A DNA stretch of 26,024 bases from Methanocella sp. (GCA_050261115.1 JBLNCY010000013.1:1-26024), one strand, 5' to 3'. Positions 8,826 to 18,781 are shown, numbered from the stretch's first letter. Numbers and translations are program-made. The notes: generated by a model not told the origin, from the sequence alone.

Positions 8826-9521
8826 CTATACTTCCCAGACGTTGGTCTCTATCAGATTCCAATAGATTACCTGTGTCTTTGCCGGATTGTTGAATACTTG
8901 GAAATTAGCTAAGGAGGTTAGCATACCGGTTTCTCTGTCAAAAAAGATGTTCATATACTCGTATCTTGCTGTTGAGTATGTTGGGTCGTTTATTATGTCG
9001 TAGAATGGATTGTTGATGAACCAGTAGCATCTGGATCTTTGACCGCTGGTGTAGCGTGCTGTGTCTGTGTTGTTGACCGTTTGTCCGTCATAGCCGGTTG
9101 GTCTAAGTAAGCTGCCTATTCGGAGGTTAGCTGGATAGATAGCCCAAAAACCATCTTTGTCAGTTTTTAGGCCGTTGGCTACGTCAATGGTTTGTGTGTA
9201 GTCAACTATGGTGCCGTTTTGGAATGCCCATTGGTTAAACATGGAAACTTGGGTTCCGTTAACATCGGTGATGGTTATTTTGTAATAGTCGGTTTGGTTG
9301 TATTGCTCAAAACCCGGTTCCATGGTGGCGTTTGCACCAGTTAAGGTTACGCTGCCTTTTATGCTATAAGTGAAAGTGTCGCCGACTTTAACGCCTACAT
9401 CTACCACAACGGGAGGCAACGTCACGTAGAGTGTTGCTAGAGTGGCGATAGATATAACGGCTATTAGTATGATAGCAATGGTTAATTTTCTGCTTTTTTT
9501 CTTTTGATAGGAGTAGGTCAT
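8826..9521 (-). CDS. Membrane-anchored extracellular protein of unknown function
   Basis: Likely start ATG 9521 (MTYSYQKKKSRK). Basic N-terminus, one TM segment, then VGVKVGDTFTY and a Thr/Tyr/Asn-rich beta domain with N-x-S/T sequons. Confidence 0.8.
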   Translation of the reverse strand: MTYSYQKKKSRKLTIAIILIAVISIATLATLYVTLPPVVVDVGVKVGDTFTYSIKGSVTLTGANATMEPGFEQYNQTDYYKITITDVNGTQVSMFNQWAFQNGTIVDYTQTIDVANGLKTDKDGFWAIYPANLRIGSLLRPTGYDGQTVNNTDTARYTSGQRSRCYWFINNPFYDIINDPTYSTARYEYMNIFFDRETGMLTSLANFQVFNNPAKTQVIYWNLIETNVWEV

Positions 9522-9669
9522 GCCTCTAAATTGAACTCTTCGCCTATTTAGTTGTTTTCCCAAAATCGAGGGTGTACTGCCTGTGGTGTTGTTAGCAGAT
9601 AATGATTGGATAGCTGGCCGGAAGAGGGGAACTGTTGGATTATTGGAGCTTTTAAGGGCATGATTATTT

Positions 9670-9714
9670 GGATAAATTTATCAAGCGTTTACTTGTAATA
9701 TTAACAATTTATCC
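9670..9714. promoter_or_regulatory. Palindrome and inverted-repeat cluster in a divergent promoter region
   Basis: Perfect 12-bp palindrome GATAAATTTATC (9671-9682). GGATAAATT (9670-9678) is inverted to AATTTATCC (9706-9714). Confidence 0.4.
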
Positions 9715-9892
9715 TCAACTTTATTGCATTGGTGATGTATTTTACTGAAAATTCGCAAGTATTATTAGGCGGGGTGCCATTAGCTATTATTATTGGGCAA
9801 GCAAGCCCAGCAATTTCTATCCTTGCTTCTAACAAACACAACAAAATAGCTACGGCTTTCTTGCTCAAACAACAAAAGGAAGGAAAAATTAA

Positions 9893-12481
9893 ATGTCAAA
9901 CCTAAAAACTAGAACAAAACTTTTTACCGCAATGCTAATGTTTGCTTTTGCAGCCGCGTCGATCCTAATGGCAATTCCGATAACCCACGCGCAGACCACC
10001 ATGAGAACTTATGCCCTAGTCGATGCAATCCCTAACCCGATCGGTGTTGGCGATGTCACATTACTCAAAACAGGTATCTCGCAAGCAGCTTCATCCGCGT
10101 CATTTGGCTGGACAGGACTAACAATCCAAATAGTCAAACCAGACAATACAACACAAACCTTAGGTCCCTTTACAACAGACTCAACTGGATCAACATTCAC
10201 CACCTACACACCTGACCAAATAGGCAACTATACCCTAACAACCTTCTTCCCCCAGCAGACCGTTCCCATAAATTTCACTGATGCTGAAAGAGGACAATTT
10301 ATCGAAGCTGGAACCATCCTATTAGCAAGTAACGCAACGACCACACTGGTTGTAACTGAAACATCACCGCGGCAGACCTATCCTGGTCACGCCTTACCCA
10401 CGGAGTACTGGACTAGACCTATTGATCCACAATTAAGAGAATGGTATGCTATCTCGGGTAACTGGGTAGCCAGACCAGACAACTCTTTAGCGTTATATCA
10501 AGACGATGCACCTGAAACCCCCCACATCCTATGGGCACATCCCTACAGTCAAGGTGGCTTAGCTGGCGGATTATATGGGCAAGAGGATATTCCAGCAGCT
10601 ATGTTTGCGGGCGATGCATATGAAGGTAAGTTCTCGAATTCGGTTGTACTAAACGGTGTCTTGTACTACAATACTGGACCTTCTGGCACTTACGCTACCG
10701 TCTCAGTTCCAGGTATCCAGGCAATAGACCTGCATACTGGAGAAAAACTTTGGTTCCGTAACAATACCGTGCTCTCATTTGGCCAAAGCATGTTCTACCC
10801 CAGCTATAACGTAAACGGCGTTTGGAATTATTTGTGGTCGGTTTCTGGCTCTAACTATACTGCGATTAGTCCCGATGATGGCTCATTCCAGTTCATGTTC
10901 TACAATGTCCCCTCTGGCGTCAGAACGTATGGTCCAAACGGCGAAATCCTAATCTACCAAATCGACTACCAACGAGGCTGGATGGCACTTTGGAACTCGA
11001 CCCTTGCAGGTCTACAGAACGCTGAAATCGGTACCCCCCAGTATGGCAGCTGGTCTTTTAGCGTAATCGGCATGGGTTCGACCCCAAGATTCCTAAACGG
11101 TTCACTACCAAAATGCTATTCATGGAACGTCACAATACCCACTGGCCTACAGGTATCAGCTTCGTTGGGTTCATCTGCAATTAAAGTCTACAACCAAGAC
11201 AGAATCGTCGGTATGTTCTATAACCAAACGATGGTGCGGGTTTGGGCGTTGCCACTCAACGAGATAACCGCTACACGTACGGCAGCCAACAATTCGCAGA
11301 CATTGACTCCAATTTACGATGAAATCTATGACCCACCGGATGAATGGCTTGAAGGCTCCAATACACTACACTATACAGGCGCAACCAATTATGTCACAGA
11401 TCCAACTTACGGTGACGGCATCATTGCTATGTGGAGTAAAGAACTAAGAACCCACTATGGCTTTAGCGTTGTTGATGGAACATTCCAATGGAGCACAGAA
11501 CCCGAAAATTATCTTGACATGTATGGCTTTGGTAACGCTGAGCACACTTGGTACTTTGCATATGGCAAACTATACTCCGTTGGCGTAGCAGGCATACTGT
11601 ATGCGTATAACCTAGAGAACGGAGCCACAGAATGGACCTATGTCCTCGACGACCCATACGGCGAGCCAATAACTGGCCAGAACTGGTGGGGCTGGATTGC
11701 ACTGATTGCTGATGGCAAAATTTACATCGGCACGTTAGAGCACTCAGCTAACAACCCGATTCCGCGAGGTGGACCATTCGCAGCAGTTAACGCGACTAAT
11801 GGCGAAGAAATTTTCCGCATTAACGGCTTGATGCGTCTAACACGTTGGGGCGGTAACCCAGTTATCGGTGACAGTATCATCGTAGGCATGGACACATACG
11901 ATCTGCAGATCTACGCAATGGGTAAAGGACCAACAAAAGTAACCGCAACCGCATCGCCGACCATAGCGACAGGCGCCGGTGTGCTAATATCTGGACAGGT
12001 AACTGATATCTCTCCTGGTACTAGCGACACAGGAATCCAATTACGCTTCCCCAACGGTGTCCCCGCGGTCTCTGACGAGAGCCAAAGCGCATGGATGATG
12101 CATGTCTGGAAACAATTCGAGCGGCCAACCAACATAACTGGTGTTCCATTAACAATCGATGTAATGGATGCAAACGGCAACTACCGAACAATTGGCACAA
12201 CAACCACAGACAGCAATGGATTCTATAGCTTTGCATGGACACCTGATATCGATGGTCCATACACCGTTTACGTCACTTTCCCTGGCTCTAAAGCATACTA
12301 CGCTTCCTTTGCACAAACTGCCTTTGCACAAGCCGCCGGTGGCGCTGCTTCCCCGACCCCCACAGACGGTGCAGGTCCAGGTTCAACCGCTGACCAACTA
12401 ATTCTACCCGGCATAATCGCTATCATAGTCGTCATAATCATAGTCGGCGCAGTACTGGCGTTGATGATGCGAAGAAGATAA
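9893..12481 (+). CDS. PQQ-binding-like beta-propeller cell-surface protein (family expanded in Bathyarchaeia)
   Basis: 862 aa. Signal peptide, Ig-like N-domain (PNPIGVG...LGPFTTDSTG), LPTEYWTRPI, propeller repeats (AIDLHTGEKLW, YAYNLENGATEW, IADGKIY), GVPAVSDES, PTPT linker, C-terminal TM plus RRR. Confidence 0.88.
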   Translation: MSNLKTRTKLFTAMLMFAFAAASILMAIPITHAQTTMRTYALVDAIPNPIGVGDVTLLKTGISQAASSASFGWTGLTIQIVKPDNTTQTLGPFTTDSTGSTFTTYTPDQIGNYTLTTFFPQQTVPINFTDAERGQFIEAGTILLASNATTTLVVTETSPRQTYPGHALPTEYWTRPIDPQLREWYAISGNWVARPDNSLALYQDDAPETPHILWAHPYSQGGLAGGLYGQEDIPAAMFAGDAYEGKFSNSVVLNGVLYYNTGPSGTYATVSVPGIQAIDLHTGEKLWFRNNTVLSFGQSMFYPSYNVNGVWNYLWSVSGSNYTAISPDDGSFQFMFYNVPSGVRTYGPNGEILIYQIDYQRGWMALWNSTLAGLQNAEIGTPQYGSWSFSVIGMGSTPRFLNGSLPKCYSWNVTIPTGLQVSASLGSSAIKVYNQDRIVGMFYNQTMVRVWALPLNEITATRTAANNSQTLTPIYDEIYDPPDEWLEGSNTLHYTGATNYVTDPTYGDGIIAMWSKELRTHYGFSVVDGTFQWSTEPENYLDMYGFGNAEHTWYFAYGKLYSVGVAGILYAYNLENGATEWTYVLDDPYGEPITGQNWWGWIALIADGKIYIGTLEHSANNPIPRGGPFAAVNATNGEEIFRINGLMRLTRWGGNPVIGDSIIVGMDTYDLQIYAMGKGPTKVTATASPTIATGAGVLISGQVTDISPGTSDTGIQLRFPNGVPAVSDESQSAWMMHVWKQFERPTNITGVPLTIDVMDANGNYRTIGTTTTDSNGFYSFAWTPDIDGPYTVYVTFPGSKAYYASFAQTAFAQAAGGAASPTPTDGAGPGSTADQLILPGIIAIIVVIIIVGAVLALMMRRR

Positions 12482-12485
12482 ACCA

Positions 12486-12513
12486 AGATAAGCCAACCTT
12501 ATCTCCCTTTTTT
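12486..12513 (+). terminator. Hairpin plus U-tract terminator
   Basis: AGATAAG-ccaac-CTTATCT followed by cccTTTTTT, just after the stop codon. Confidence 0.7.
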
Positions 12514-12694
12514 CTGTTTTATCTTTGATTTTCCACAAGCAAAACCCAGAAAGCTTTCTTAATTTTTGTTGATGTGGTGTACCTTTGTATTTAGCCCTTT
12601 ATCTATCAGGTTTGCTGGAGATATTTAATTTGGCGCCTACGTGCTGTTGAATTGCTACTGGTCGCATATCAATTCTCTAATCAGTTGGATTGGT

Positions 12695-12732
12695 AATAAA
12701 AGGAGACACAGCGTTTTTTGCTGTTGCTCCTT
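12695..12732 (-). terminator. Hairpin terminator after the Lon-like gene
   Basis: AAGGAG..ACAGC-N7-GCTGT..CTCCTT stem, followed on the minus strand by TTATT. Confidence 0.55.
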
Positions 12733-12757
12733 ATTTTGAGGAAAAACGGTCGACTGG

Positions 12758-15181
12758 TTAGTCTTCGACTTTTCTGGCTTTTATCTCTAAGCCTGGGTAC
12801 TCCTTGAGTTTCTCCGCCATTTCCTGCAGCGCCTTATCCACACGGTAATTCACTGTGCCTTCCTCGTAGGTTCCGTCTGGTCGTCGCTGGCCCGCGGGGA
12901 CTCCAGTTAGAACCTCAATTCCCTCGTCGATGGTCTTAACCGAGTAAATGTTGAATTGCCCCGCTTTCACTGAGTCGAGTACTTCCTCTTTAAGCATCAG
13001 GTTCTGGACATTGCTTTCAGGAATCATCACAGCCTGCTCTCCAGTTAGACCTTTGGCTTTGCATACTTCAAAAAAGCCCTCGATTTTCTCGTTTACGCCA
13101 CCAATGGCTTGCACTTCCCCCTTCTGGTTAACTGAGCCGGTGACGGCTATGTTTTGCTTTATAGACAGGCCACTTAAGGCGGATAGGATGCAGTAAAGTT
13201 CAGTGCTGGATGCGCTGTCGCCTTCCACGCCAGAGTAGTTCTGCTCAAACACCAGCCGCGCACTTAGGCTTAGAGGCTTATCGCGGGCATATTTGTCGTT
13301 AATGTAGCCGCTTAGGATAAGGACGCCTTTGGTGTGGATTGGTCCACCCAACTTTGCTTCTCGCTCTATGTCGATGACGCCTTCGCGGCCAAGTCCGATG
13401 CTGGCGGTAACACGTGAGGGGATGCCAAACGCGAAGTCACCCATGCCCATGACTGAGAGGCCGTTAACTTGACCCACCTTTTGTTCGCGGGTGTCAATCA
13501 GGAAGAAGCCTCTTGTGATCATTTCCTGGATTTTCTCTTGAACAAGTTTGCTGCGGTAGATTTTTTCTTCGATTGCCCTCTTAATGTGGTCTGCGGTTAT
13601 GAATTGCGCGTTGTCCTGCACCGCATAGTAATTGGCTTCACGGACAATGTCCGCCACCATCGAAAACTGTGTTGAAAGCTTAAACTGATCCTCCACTAGC
13701 CGTGAACTATATTCCACCAGCTTAGCCAATGCGCCGCCATCAAGATGCTTGAGGTTTTCTTTCTCGCATAAACCACAAACAAACGAGGCGTACTGGCGTA
13801 TTTTCTCGTCAGTTCGGGGCATGGTGGTGTCAAATTCAGCTTTTATTTTGAAAAGTTCCCGGAAGTCGGGGTCTAGACTGAACAAAAGCTGGTAGATATA
13901 GGGGTCGCCGATGAGGATAACTTTTGCTGAGAGGGGAATGGGTTGGGGCTTGAGGGTTTTGACGCTTAAAAAGCCGTAGCGTTCCTCGGGTTCTTCTATG
14001 AACATTTTGCCGTCGCGAAGGTCCCGTTTAAGTCCATCGTAGGAGAATGGGTTTCGCAGTAGGTCCTCGACTGGGATTATGAGGTATCCGCCGTTGGCTT
14101 TCTGGATTGATCCTGCTCTTATCATGCTAAAGTCGGTGGTGAGGGCGCCGAATTGCGCTTCTTTTTCAGTTCGACCCAGCAGATTATGATAGGTTGGGTT
14201 GGTCTCCATAACTACGGGGGCGCCTTTGGTTTGAGAGTTATCGATTATGACGTTAACCTCATACTTCTTGTAGGGTTCCTCTCTCATCCATGGCATCGCA
14301 AATGGCAGTTGGGGCTGTTCGGCTCCACCGGCGCCTCTGCGGATAAACTGGTTTAGGTTATCGAGGATGTCGTTTTCTACTGCGTTTAGGTAAGAGACAA
14401 TGCCGGAGTTTGATTGGTATTTTTCCAGCAGACTCTGCATCTGGCCCCCGATGGCATAGAGCGCGACTTCCTTGTTGAGCTTCTTAATAGACTCACGGAT
14501 TTCGCGTTCCATATCGATGAGTTGCCGCATAACCGCCGAGAACTCCTTCTCGAGCTTTTCTCGTTTCTCAACTAAATGTTCCTTTACCTTCTGCGGTAGA
14601 GCCAGCGTTTCTTCATCAGTTAGCGGTCTACCGTTTACGACTGGGACCAAAAGAATTCCAACGGGGGTGGTTTGGATAATGAATCCTTCACTTTGTGCTT
14701 TAGCATTCAACCCCTCAATTAACTCTTTACGTCGATTCTCGAGTCCCCGCAGAGTAGCCTCTCTTTTTGCGGCATAATCCTCGCTTTCAAACGCTTTTGG
14801 CAACGCCGTTTTGATGTTCTCAATAAAGCTCTTCATGTCCTCGCGGAACTCTTTGCCCTTCCCTGGCCGCAACTCGATGGCTTGGGGTTCATAGGGGTTG
14901 CTGAAGTTGTTTACATAGCACCAGTCTGAAGGGACAGGCTGAATTTTTGCTTGGGCCTCCACGAAGGATTTGACGGCGGTTTTTCTGCCAGTGCCAGGGT
15001 AACCAGCGACATATACGTTAAAGCCGTGGTCTTTGATGCCTAACCCGAATTTTAGGGCTCTCACTGCCCGGTCTTGCCCAATAATCTCGGCCAGAGGCAC
15101 AAGTTCCATGGTTGATTCACATTGCAAAAAATTAGTGTCACAGACGTTTCTGAGTTTCTCTACGGGCAACTTGTTAATCAA
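12758..15181 (-). CDS. Lon-family (S16) protease, LonC-like, with AAA-like module and helical insertion
   Basis: 807 aa. IIGQDRA, P-loop GYPGTGRKT, DWCYVNNF, ANGGYL, Ser-Lys dyad (EGDSASS, GGVNEKIEGF), AVTGSVNQ. No TM segment. TTG start with GGAGG upstream. Confidence 0.92.
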   Translation of the reverse strand: MINKLPVEKLRNVCDTNFLQCESTMELVPLAEIIGQDRAVRALKFGLGIKDHGFNVYVAGYPGTGRKTAVKSFVEAQAKIQPVPSDWCYVNNFSNPYEPQAIELRPGKGKEFREDMKSFIENIKTALPKAFESEDYAAKREATLRGLENRRKELIEGLNAKAQSEGFIIQTTPVGILLVPVVNGRPLTDEETLALPQKVKEHLVEKREKLEKEFSAVMRQLIDMEREIRESIKKLNKEVALYAIGGQMQSLLEKYQSNSGIVSYLNAVENDILDNLNQFIRRGAGGAEQPQLPFAMPWMREEPYKKYEVNVIIDNSQTKGAPVVMETNPTYHNLLGRTEKEAQFGALTTDFSMIRAGSIQKANGGYLIIPVEDLLRNPFSYDGLKRDLRDGKMFIEEPEERYGFLSVKTLKPQPIPLSAKVILIGDPYIYQLLFSLDPDFRELFKIKAEFDTTMPRTDEKIRQYASFVCGLCEKENLKHLDGGALAKLVEYSSRLVEDQFKLSTQFSMVADIVREANYYAVQDNAQFITADHIKRAIEEKIYRSKLVQEKIQEMITRGFFLIDTREQKVGQVNGLSVMGMGDFAFGIPSRVTASIGLGREGVIDIEREAKLGGPIHTKGVLILSGYINDKYARDKPLSLSARLVFEQNYSGVEGDSASSTELYCILSALSGLSIKQNIAVTGSVNQKGEVQAIGGVNEKIEGFFEVCKAKGLTGEQAVMIPESNVQNLMLKEEVLDSVKAGQFNIYSVKTIDEGIEVLTGVPAGQRRPDGTYEEGTVNYRVDKALQEMAEKLKEYPGLEIKARKVED

Positions 15182-15253
15182 AACAAAACCTCCAAACTAC
15201 AGGCTAAAAGTAGTTAGTTTAGGCTTTTAACTTTTATTGGCAACCAACCCAAA

Positions 15254-15802
15254 CTAACATAGCTGCATAAAGTTTCTTAGGATTTCGGGGTTGCGGACTT
15301 CGGGATGGAATAGTAAGCCATAGATGAGTTTTTGTTTGTGTTTTATGGCTTGGATACAGTCTTTTGATTTGGCTATGACTGTAAATGTTTCGTTGTCGGC
15401 GGCTGTGTAGCTGTGTAGTGAGTAGGCTTGGAAGTCGCTGCTGAAAAGAGGGTTGGCTTTGGTGGTTTGGATCTGCGTCATGCCCACCTGTAGGCAGGGG
15501 GTGAGTGGGACGCCGTAGGCTTTAAGGATGGTTTGCATACCAGCGCAGATGCCCAAGACTGGTTTCATAGAGGTTGGAATCCAACTGAATTTTTCTGGGT
15601 GCGATAGGTAATGGAAGTCTTTGAGGGCAGTGCCAGAGAGAATAATCCTGCTAAACCTATCAGTCTTGGCTGTTTCAAGATCCAAATAGTGCACTACCAC
15701 GCAGGGCTCTATTGGCTCCACTACGGAGAGGATTGGTTTAACAAACTCTAAATAGCCAAGCGAATCCCGCCTATAATTCATATCCACCAGAAGTGTAGTC
15801 AT
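15254..15802 (-). CDS. Stand-alone class I glutamine amidotransferase (GuaA-N-like)
   Basis: IILSG, nucleophile elbow LGICAGMQ and FHPE give a complete Cys-His-Glu triad. Start overlaps the upstream stop (ATGA). Confidence 0.88.
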   Translation of the reverse strand: MTTLLVDMNYRRDSLGYLEFVKPILSVVEPIEPCVVVHYLDLETAKTDRFSRIILSGTALKDFHYLSHPEKFSWIPTSMKPVLGICAGMQTILKAYGVPLTPCLQVGMTQIQTTKANPLFSSDFQAYSLHSYTAADNETFTVIAKSKDCIQAIKHKQKLIYGLLFHPEVRNPEILRNFMQLC

Positions 15803-16479
15803 TTAGACACCAGCCGAGCCTGCTTCACCAAAAAAACCCCCGAATCGCTCCGCCACTCAACCCTGCCCTCAGTAACCTCGATTCTCTGCTTGAACAGTGG
15901 CGCATCAAGCACGGCGGTTTCGATTTCGCCGCCCTCCCCTGATGGGCTGATGCCATATTTGCTCTGGAGCTCTAAGAGGCGCTCTATCATCTGCTGGTTG
16001 AGTTGTTGGCCGAGCCATTTGTCATCCAGCGGATAAGCAAAAACACCCGAAATCAGGACTTGGAATTGCTTTTCGAGCAGGGTTTGGAGGAGCGCTTTTT
16101 GATCATGTTTCCAGAGTGGGTTGAAGCTCCAGAGATCTAAATTGTGGCATATGCGTTGAACCCGCGAGGCCTGATAAACCGACTCCACCGCCCCCGTAAC
16201 AACACCCTCTATGCCAAACCGGGTCTTGGCTTCCACGATGGCGTGTTCCAAGTCGGCGAGTTCAGCCTCTTTTTTGCCCTCTGTGGTCACTGAAATCAGC
16301 GGCAGCTCCAACGCCTCAGCCTGCAATGCGGTCATGTTGATGTTGGGGGTGTGGAACATGTAACTCTCTTTGTTCTTTGAGATGAGGGTGATTAAGCAAG
16401 CTACCGTTTCCCTCTCAGCCGCTAGGTGCAAGGCGAGGGTTGAGTCTTTGCCGCCTGAAAACAACACGCCAAGTTTCAT
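15799..16479 (-). CDS. dph6: Diphthine--ammonia ligase (Dph6/MJ0570 family PP-loop ATPase)
   Basis: Motifs LFSGGKDS, SYMFH, GAVESVYQ, PLW and GEGGEIETAVLDAPLF. TTATATAA at 16506-16513 suggests a leaderless mRNA. Confidence 0.9.
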   Translation of the reverse strand: MKLGVLFSGGKDSTLALHLAAERETVACLITLISKNKESYMFHTPNINMTALQAEALELPLISVTTEGKKEAELADLEHAIVEAKTRFGIEGVVTGAVESVYQASRVQRICHNLDLWSFNPLWKHDQKALLQTLLEKQFQVLISGVFAYPLDDKWLGQQLNQQMIERLLELQSKYGISPSGEGGEIETAVLDAPLFKQRIEVTEGRVEWRSDSGVFLVKQARLVSK

Positions 16480-16598
16480 TGCGCTCTATCTAGCCTAAGC
16501 CTCGCTTATATAACAAATGGTGATCTAACGCAGTGGATGCAGCTGAGCTTGAAAACAACAGAACGCCGTAGTGTTCCTCTCTGTCAGGGCTGTGGTTG

Positions 16599-16624
16599 AA
16601 AAAATAGAGTGGGGTAAAAACCCC
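16599..16624 (-). terminator. Hairpin plus U-tract terminator of serA
   Basis: Minus strand GGGGT-tttt-ACCCC then actctaTTTTTT. Confidence 0.6.
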
Positions 16625-16628
16625 TAGT

Positions 16629-17813
16629 TTAGAATTTCACGCTGCAGACGTTTGGGATTGCTTGGAGCTTGGCGACGATTTCTTGGGATACCTTTTGGTG
16701 GAGTACATAGACGCTGATGGCATAGTCTTTGTTGATTTGTCGGCTGTAGTTGGCGCGTATGTTTATGTTGCTGTCAGCAAGGACTTTGTCGATATTTGCG
16801 AATACTCCTGGAACGTCCTTGTGGTGTATGAATAGGGTAAAGATTTCTTTCTCTTCGACCTCGATGGATTCGCCTGCGTTAACTGCGTTTGTAAAGTCCC
16901 CTCCTAATAGGTAGCTGGATAGGACGCGGGCCATCTCTGTACTGGTTTCGCGTTGGGCCTCAACAGTGGATGCGCCGAGGTGGCTGCTCATGACGACGTT
17001 GTCGAGCTCCCTAAGTTTGTCGTTGAAGGGCGCGTTTTCTGCTTTGGGTTCTTCTTTGTAGACGTCGGTTGCGTAGCCGGCGAGTTTGCCCTCTTTTAGT
17101 GCGGTGTAGAGTGCTTCTTGGTCGATGTTGTTACCGCGGCTGGTGTTTATGATGTATGCGGTTGGTTTCATGATGGCGAGTTCTTTGGCGCCTATGATTA
17201 TGTCTTTTCCGCCTGTGTGGACACTGATGTAGTCGGCTTGTTTGAGCACGTCTTCTTTTGTGGGAAGGAACTTTATGCCGCTCTCAGGACAGGGTTTAAT
17301 GTCATAGCCGATGACCTCCATGTTAAAGCCGTGGTCGGCGATGTGGGCGACTTTCTGGCCGATTCTGCCACAACCGATTAAGCCCAAGGTTTTGCCGTAA
17401 AGTTCTCGGCCTTCGAGCTTCTTTTTAATCCATACCCCGTTCTTGAGTGAGTGATGGGCTTGGGGGGTGTTGCGTGAAACGGCAAGCATGAGGCATAGGG
17501 TTAATTCTGCTACGGCGTTGGTGCTTCCAAACGGGGCGATTTTAACGACTATGCCTTTTTCAGAGGCTGCTGCCACATCGATGTTATCAAATCCTACGCC
17601 TGCGCGTCCGATGATTTTGAGTTTTCCTTTTGCGCCTGCTTCTATGACTTCGCGGGTTACTTTGGTGGCGCTTCTAACTACGAGTGCATCAAACTGGCCG
17701 ATTTCTGCGACGAGTTGGGCTGCATCTCGCTTTTTCATGTCTGTTTCTATGCCGGCTTCCTGAAAGATTGCTAAGCCCTCTTTCTCTAAGCCGTCGTTTA
17801 AGAGTACTTTCAT
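16629..17813 (-). CDS. serA: D-3-phosphoglycerate dehydrogenase with C-terminal ACT domain
   Basis: Likely start ATG 17813 behind SD AGGTGA. Motifs VRSATKVT, RAGVGFDNID, AVAE, GCGRIG, NTSRG, EEP, HLGASTVEAQ. ACT domain HKDVPGV...NINI. Confidence 0.88.
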   Translation of the reverse strand: MKVLLNDGLEKEGLAIFQEAGIETDMKKRDAAQLVAEIGQFDALVVRSATKVTREVIEAGAKGKLKIIGRAGVGFDNIDVAAASEKGIVVKIAPFGSTNAVAELTLCLMLAVSRNTPQAHHSLKNGVWIKKKLEGRELYGKTLGLIGCGRIGQKVAHIADHGFNMEVIGYDIKPCPESGIKFLPTKEDVLKQADYISVHTGGKDIIIGAKELAIMKPTAYIINTSRGNNIDQEALYTALKEGKLAGYATDVYKEEPKAENAPFNDKLRELDNVVMSSHLGASTVEAQRETSTEMARVLSSYLLGGDFTNAVNAGESIEVEEKEIFTLFIHHKDVPGVFANIDKVLADSNINIRANYSRQINKDYAISVYVLHQKVSQEIVAKLQAIPNVCSVKF

Positions 17814-17902
17814 GCCGAGATTCACCTAAATACAAGTGAAAAGTGATTGCTGACGTTGATTATAAAGTAATCTACCCCAAGAAATCGGCCCATACAATTT
17901 GC

Positions 17903-18205
17903 CTATGCTCTAGGCTTAGCGGTGGTTTTCTGTTCTTTGGGTTTTCTGGGGGTTGCAACTCGGGTTGCGCCTATGTCGTAGGTGGCTTTGGTGTGGCAGT
18001 AGGGGCATTTTAGTACGCGATAGTTGCGGCGTATAAGTGAGGTTATGGTTGCGCCCGGTACCCAGTGGAAATTGAAGCTTTTATGGCACCTAGGGCAGGT
18101 GAGTTTTGAGGTGTAGTGTGGTCCATAGCGTGGAAGTAGAAACATTAAGATAACAAAGCCTATGGCAGTGATGAGAAACAGCAGCATTATGAAATCCATT
18201 GACAT
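17903..18205 (-). CDS. Small membrane-anchored zinc-ribbon protein
   Basis: N-terminal TM segment, CPRC and CPYC pairs, basic tail. Confidence 0.75.
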   Translation of the reverse strand: MSMDFIMLLFLITAIGFVILMFLLPRYGPHYTSKLTCPRCHKSFNFHWVPGATITSLIRRNYRVLKCPYCHTKATYDIGATRVATPRKPKEQKTTAKPRA

Positions 18206-18286
18206 GGCTTTTCAAAGGTCAATTGATGACCTAAATTAATTAATCTTTAGGAAACCCGACGAAGTTTAGCCCGTCTATCATGCGAG

Positions 18287-18781
18287 CTATTCTTCTTCGG
18301 CAACCCCATGCCATCTCCGCTCCAAGTAGAGAATCAAGCTAAAGAGGCCTCGGCTGAAAATGACCAGGATCAGCAGCGTAAATTCCTCGTAGGTGCGTAC
18401 AGCAACAGTGCGGATGATTTCTGCGCCTATGAAAAAATTTAGGCTCAACGTTAGGTAGTTGCTTAGGTAGTGGGTGGAGTGGGTTGGTTTGTAGGGGTCG
18501 CTTACTTTGTATTGGATGAAGCGGTGGGTGACGAGTCCTGCGCCGTATACTAGCACTGCGCCTCCGATGAGGTAGAGTGCATATGTTGCCAAAGTGAGCA
18601 TAACATAGATGACATCATAGAGGGTGCCGCCTGATTCGTAACCGGGTCCCGAAATTATTATGATAAAGTCCGGGTATACCAGGGTTATGACTGCACTTGA
18701 AGCAGCCAATACGGTTATAATCATGATGATTGCTATGGATAGCTTGCTGAAGTGTGGCTGGTTAGCGGTTTGTTTTTCCAT
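18287..18781 (-). CDS. DUF1622-like membrane protein
   Basis: Several TM segments. LSLNFFIGAEIIRTV...FSRGLFSLILYLE resembles the DUF1622 pattern. Confidence 0.7.
   Translation of the reverse strand: MEKQTANQPHFSKLSIAIIMIITVLAASSAVITLVYPDFIIIISGPGYESGGTLYDVIYVMLTLATYALYLIGGAVLVYGAGLVTHRFIQYKVSDPYKPTHSTHYLSNYLTLSLNFFIGAEIIRTVAVRTYEEFTLLILVIFSRGLFSLILYLERRWHGVAEEE

Noticed and set aside
15254-15802. GATase as the partner of QueC (GAT-QueC archaeosine route)
   Set aside because: GAT-QueC uses a class II (Ntn) domain. This protein is class I and is coupled to dph6.
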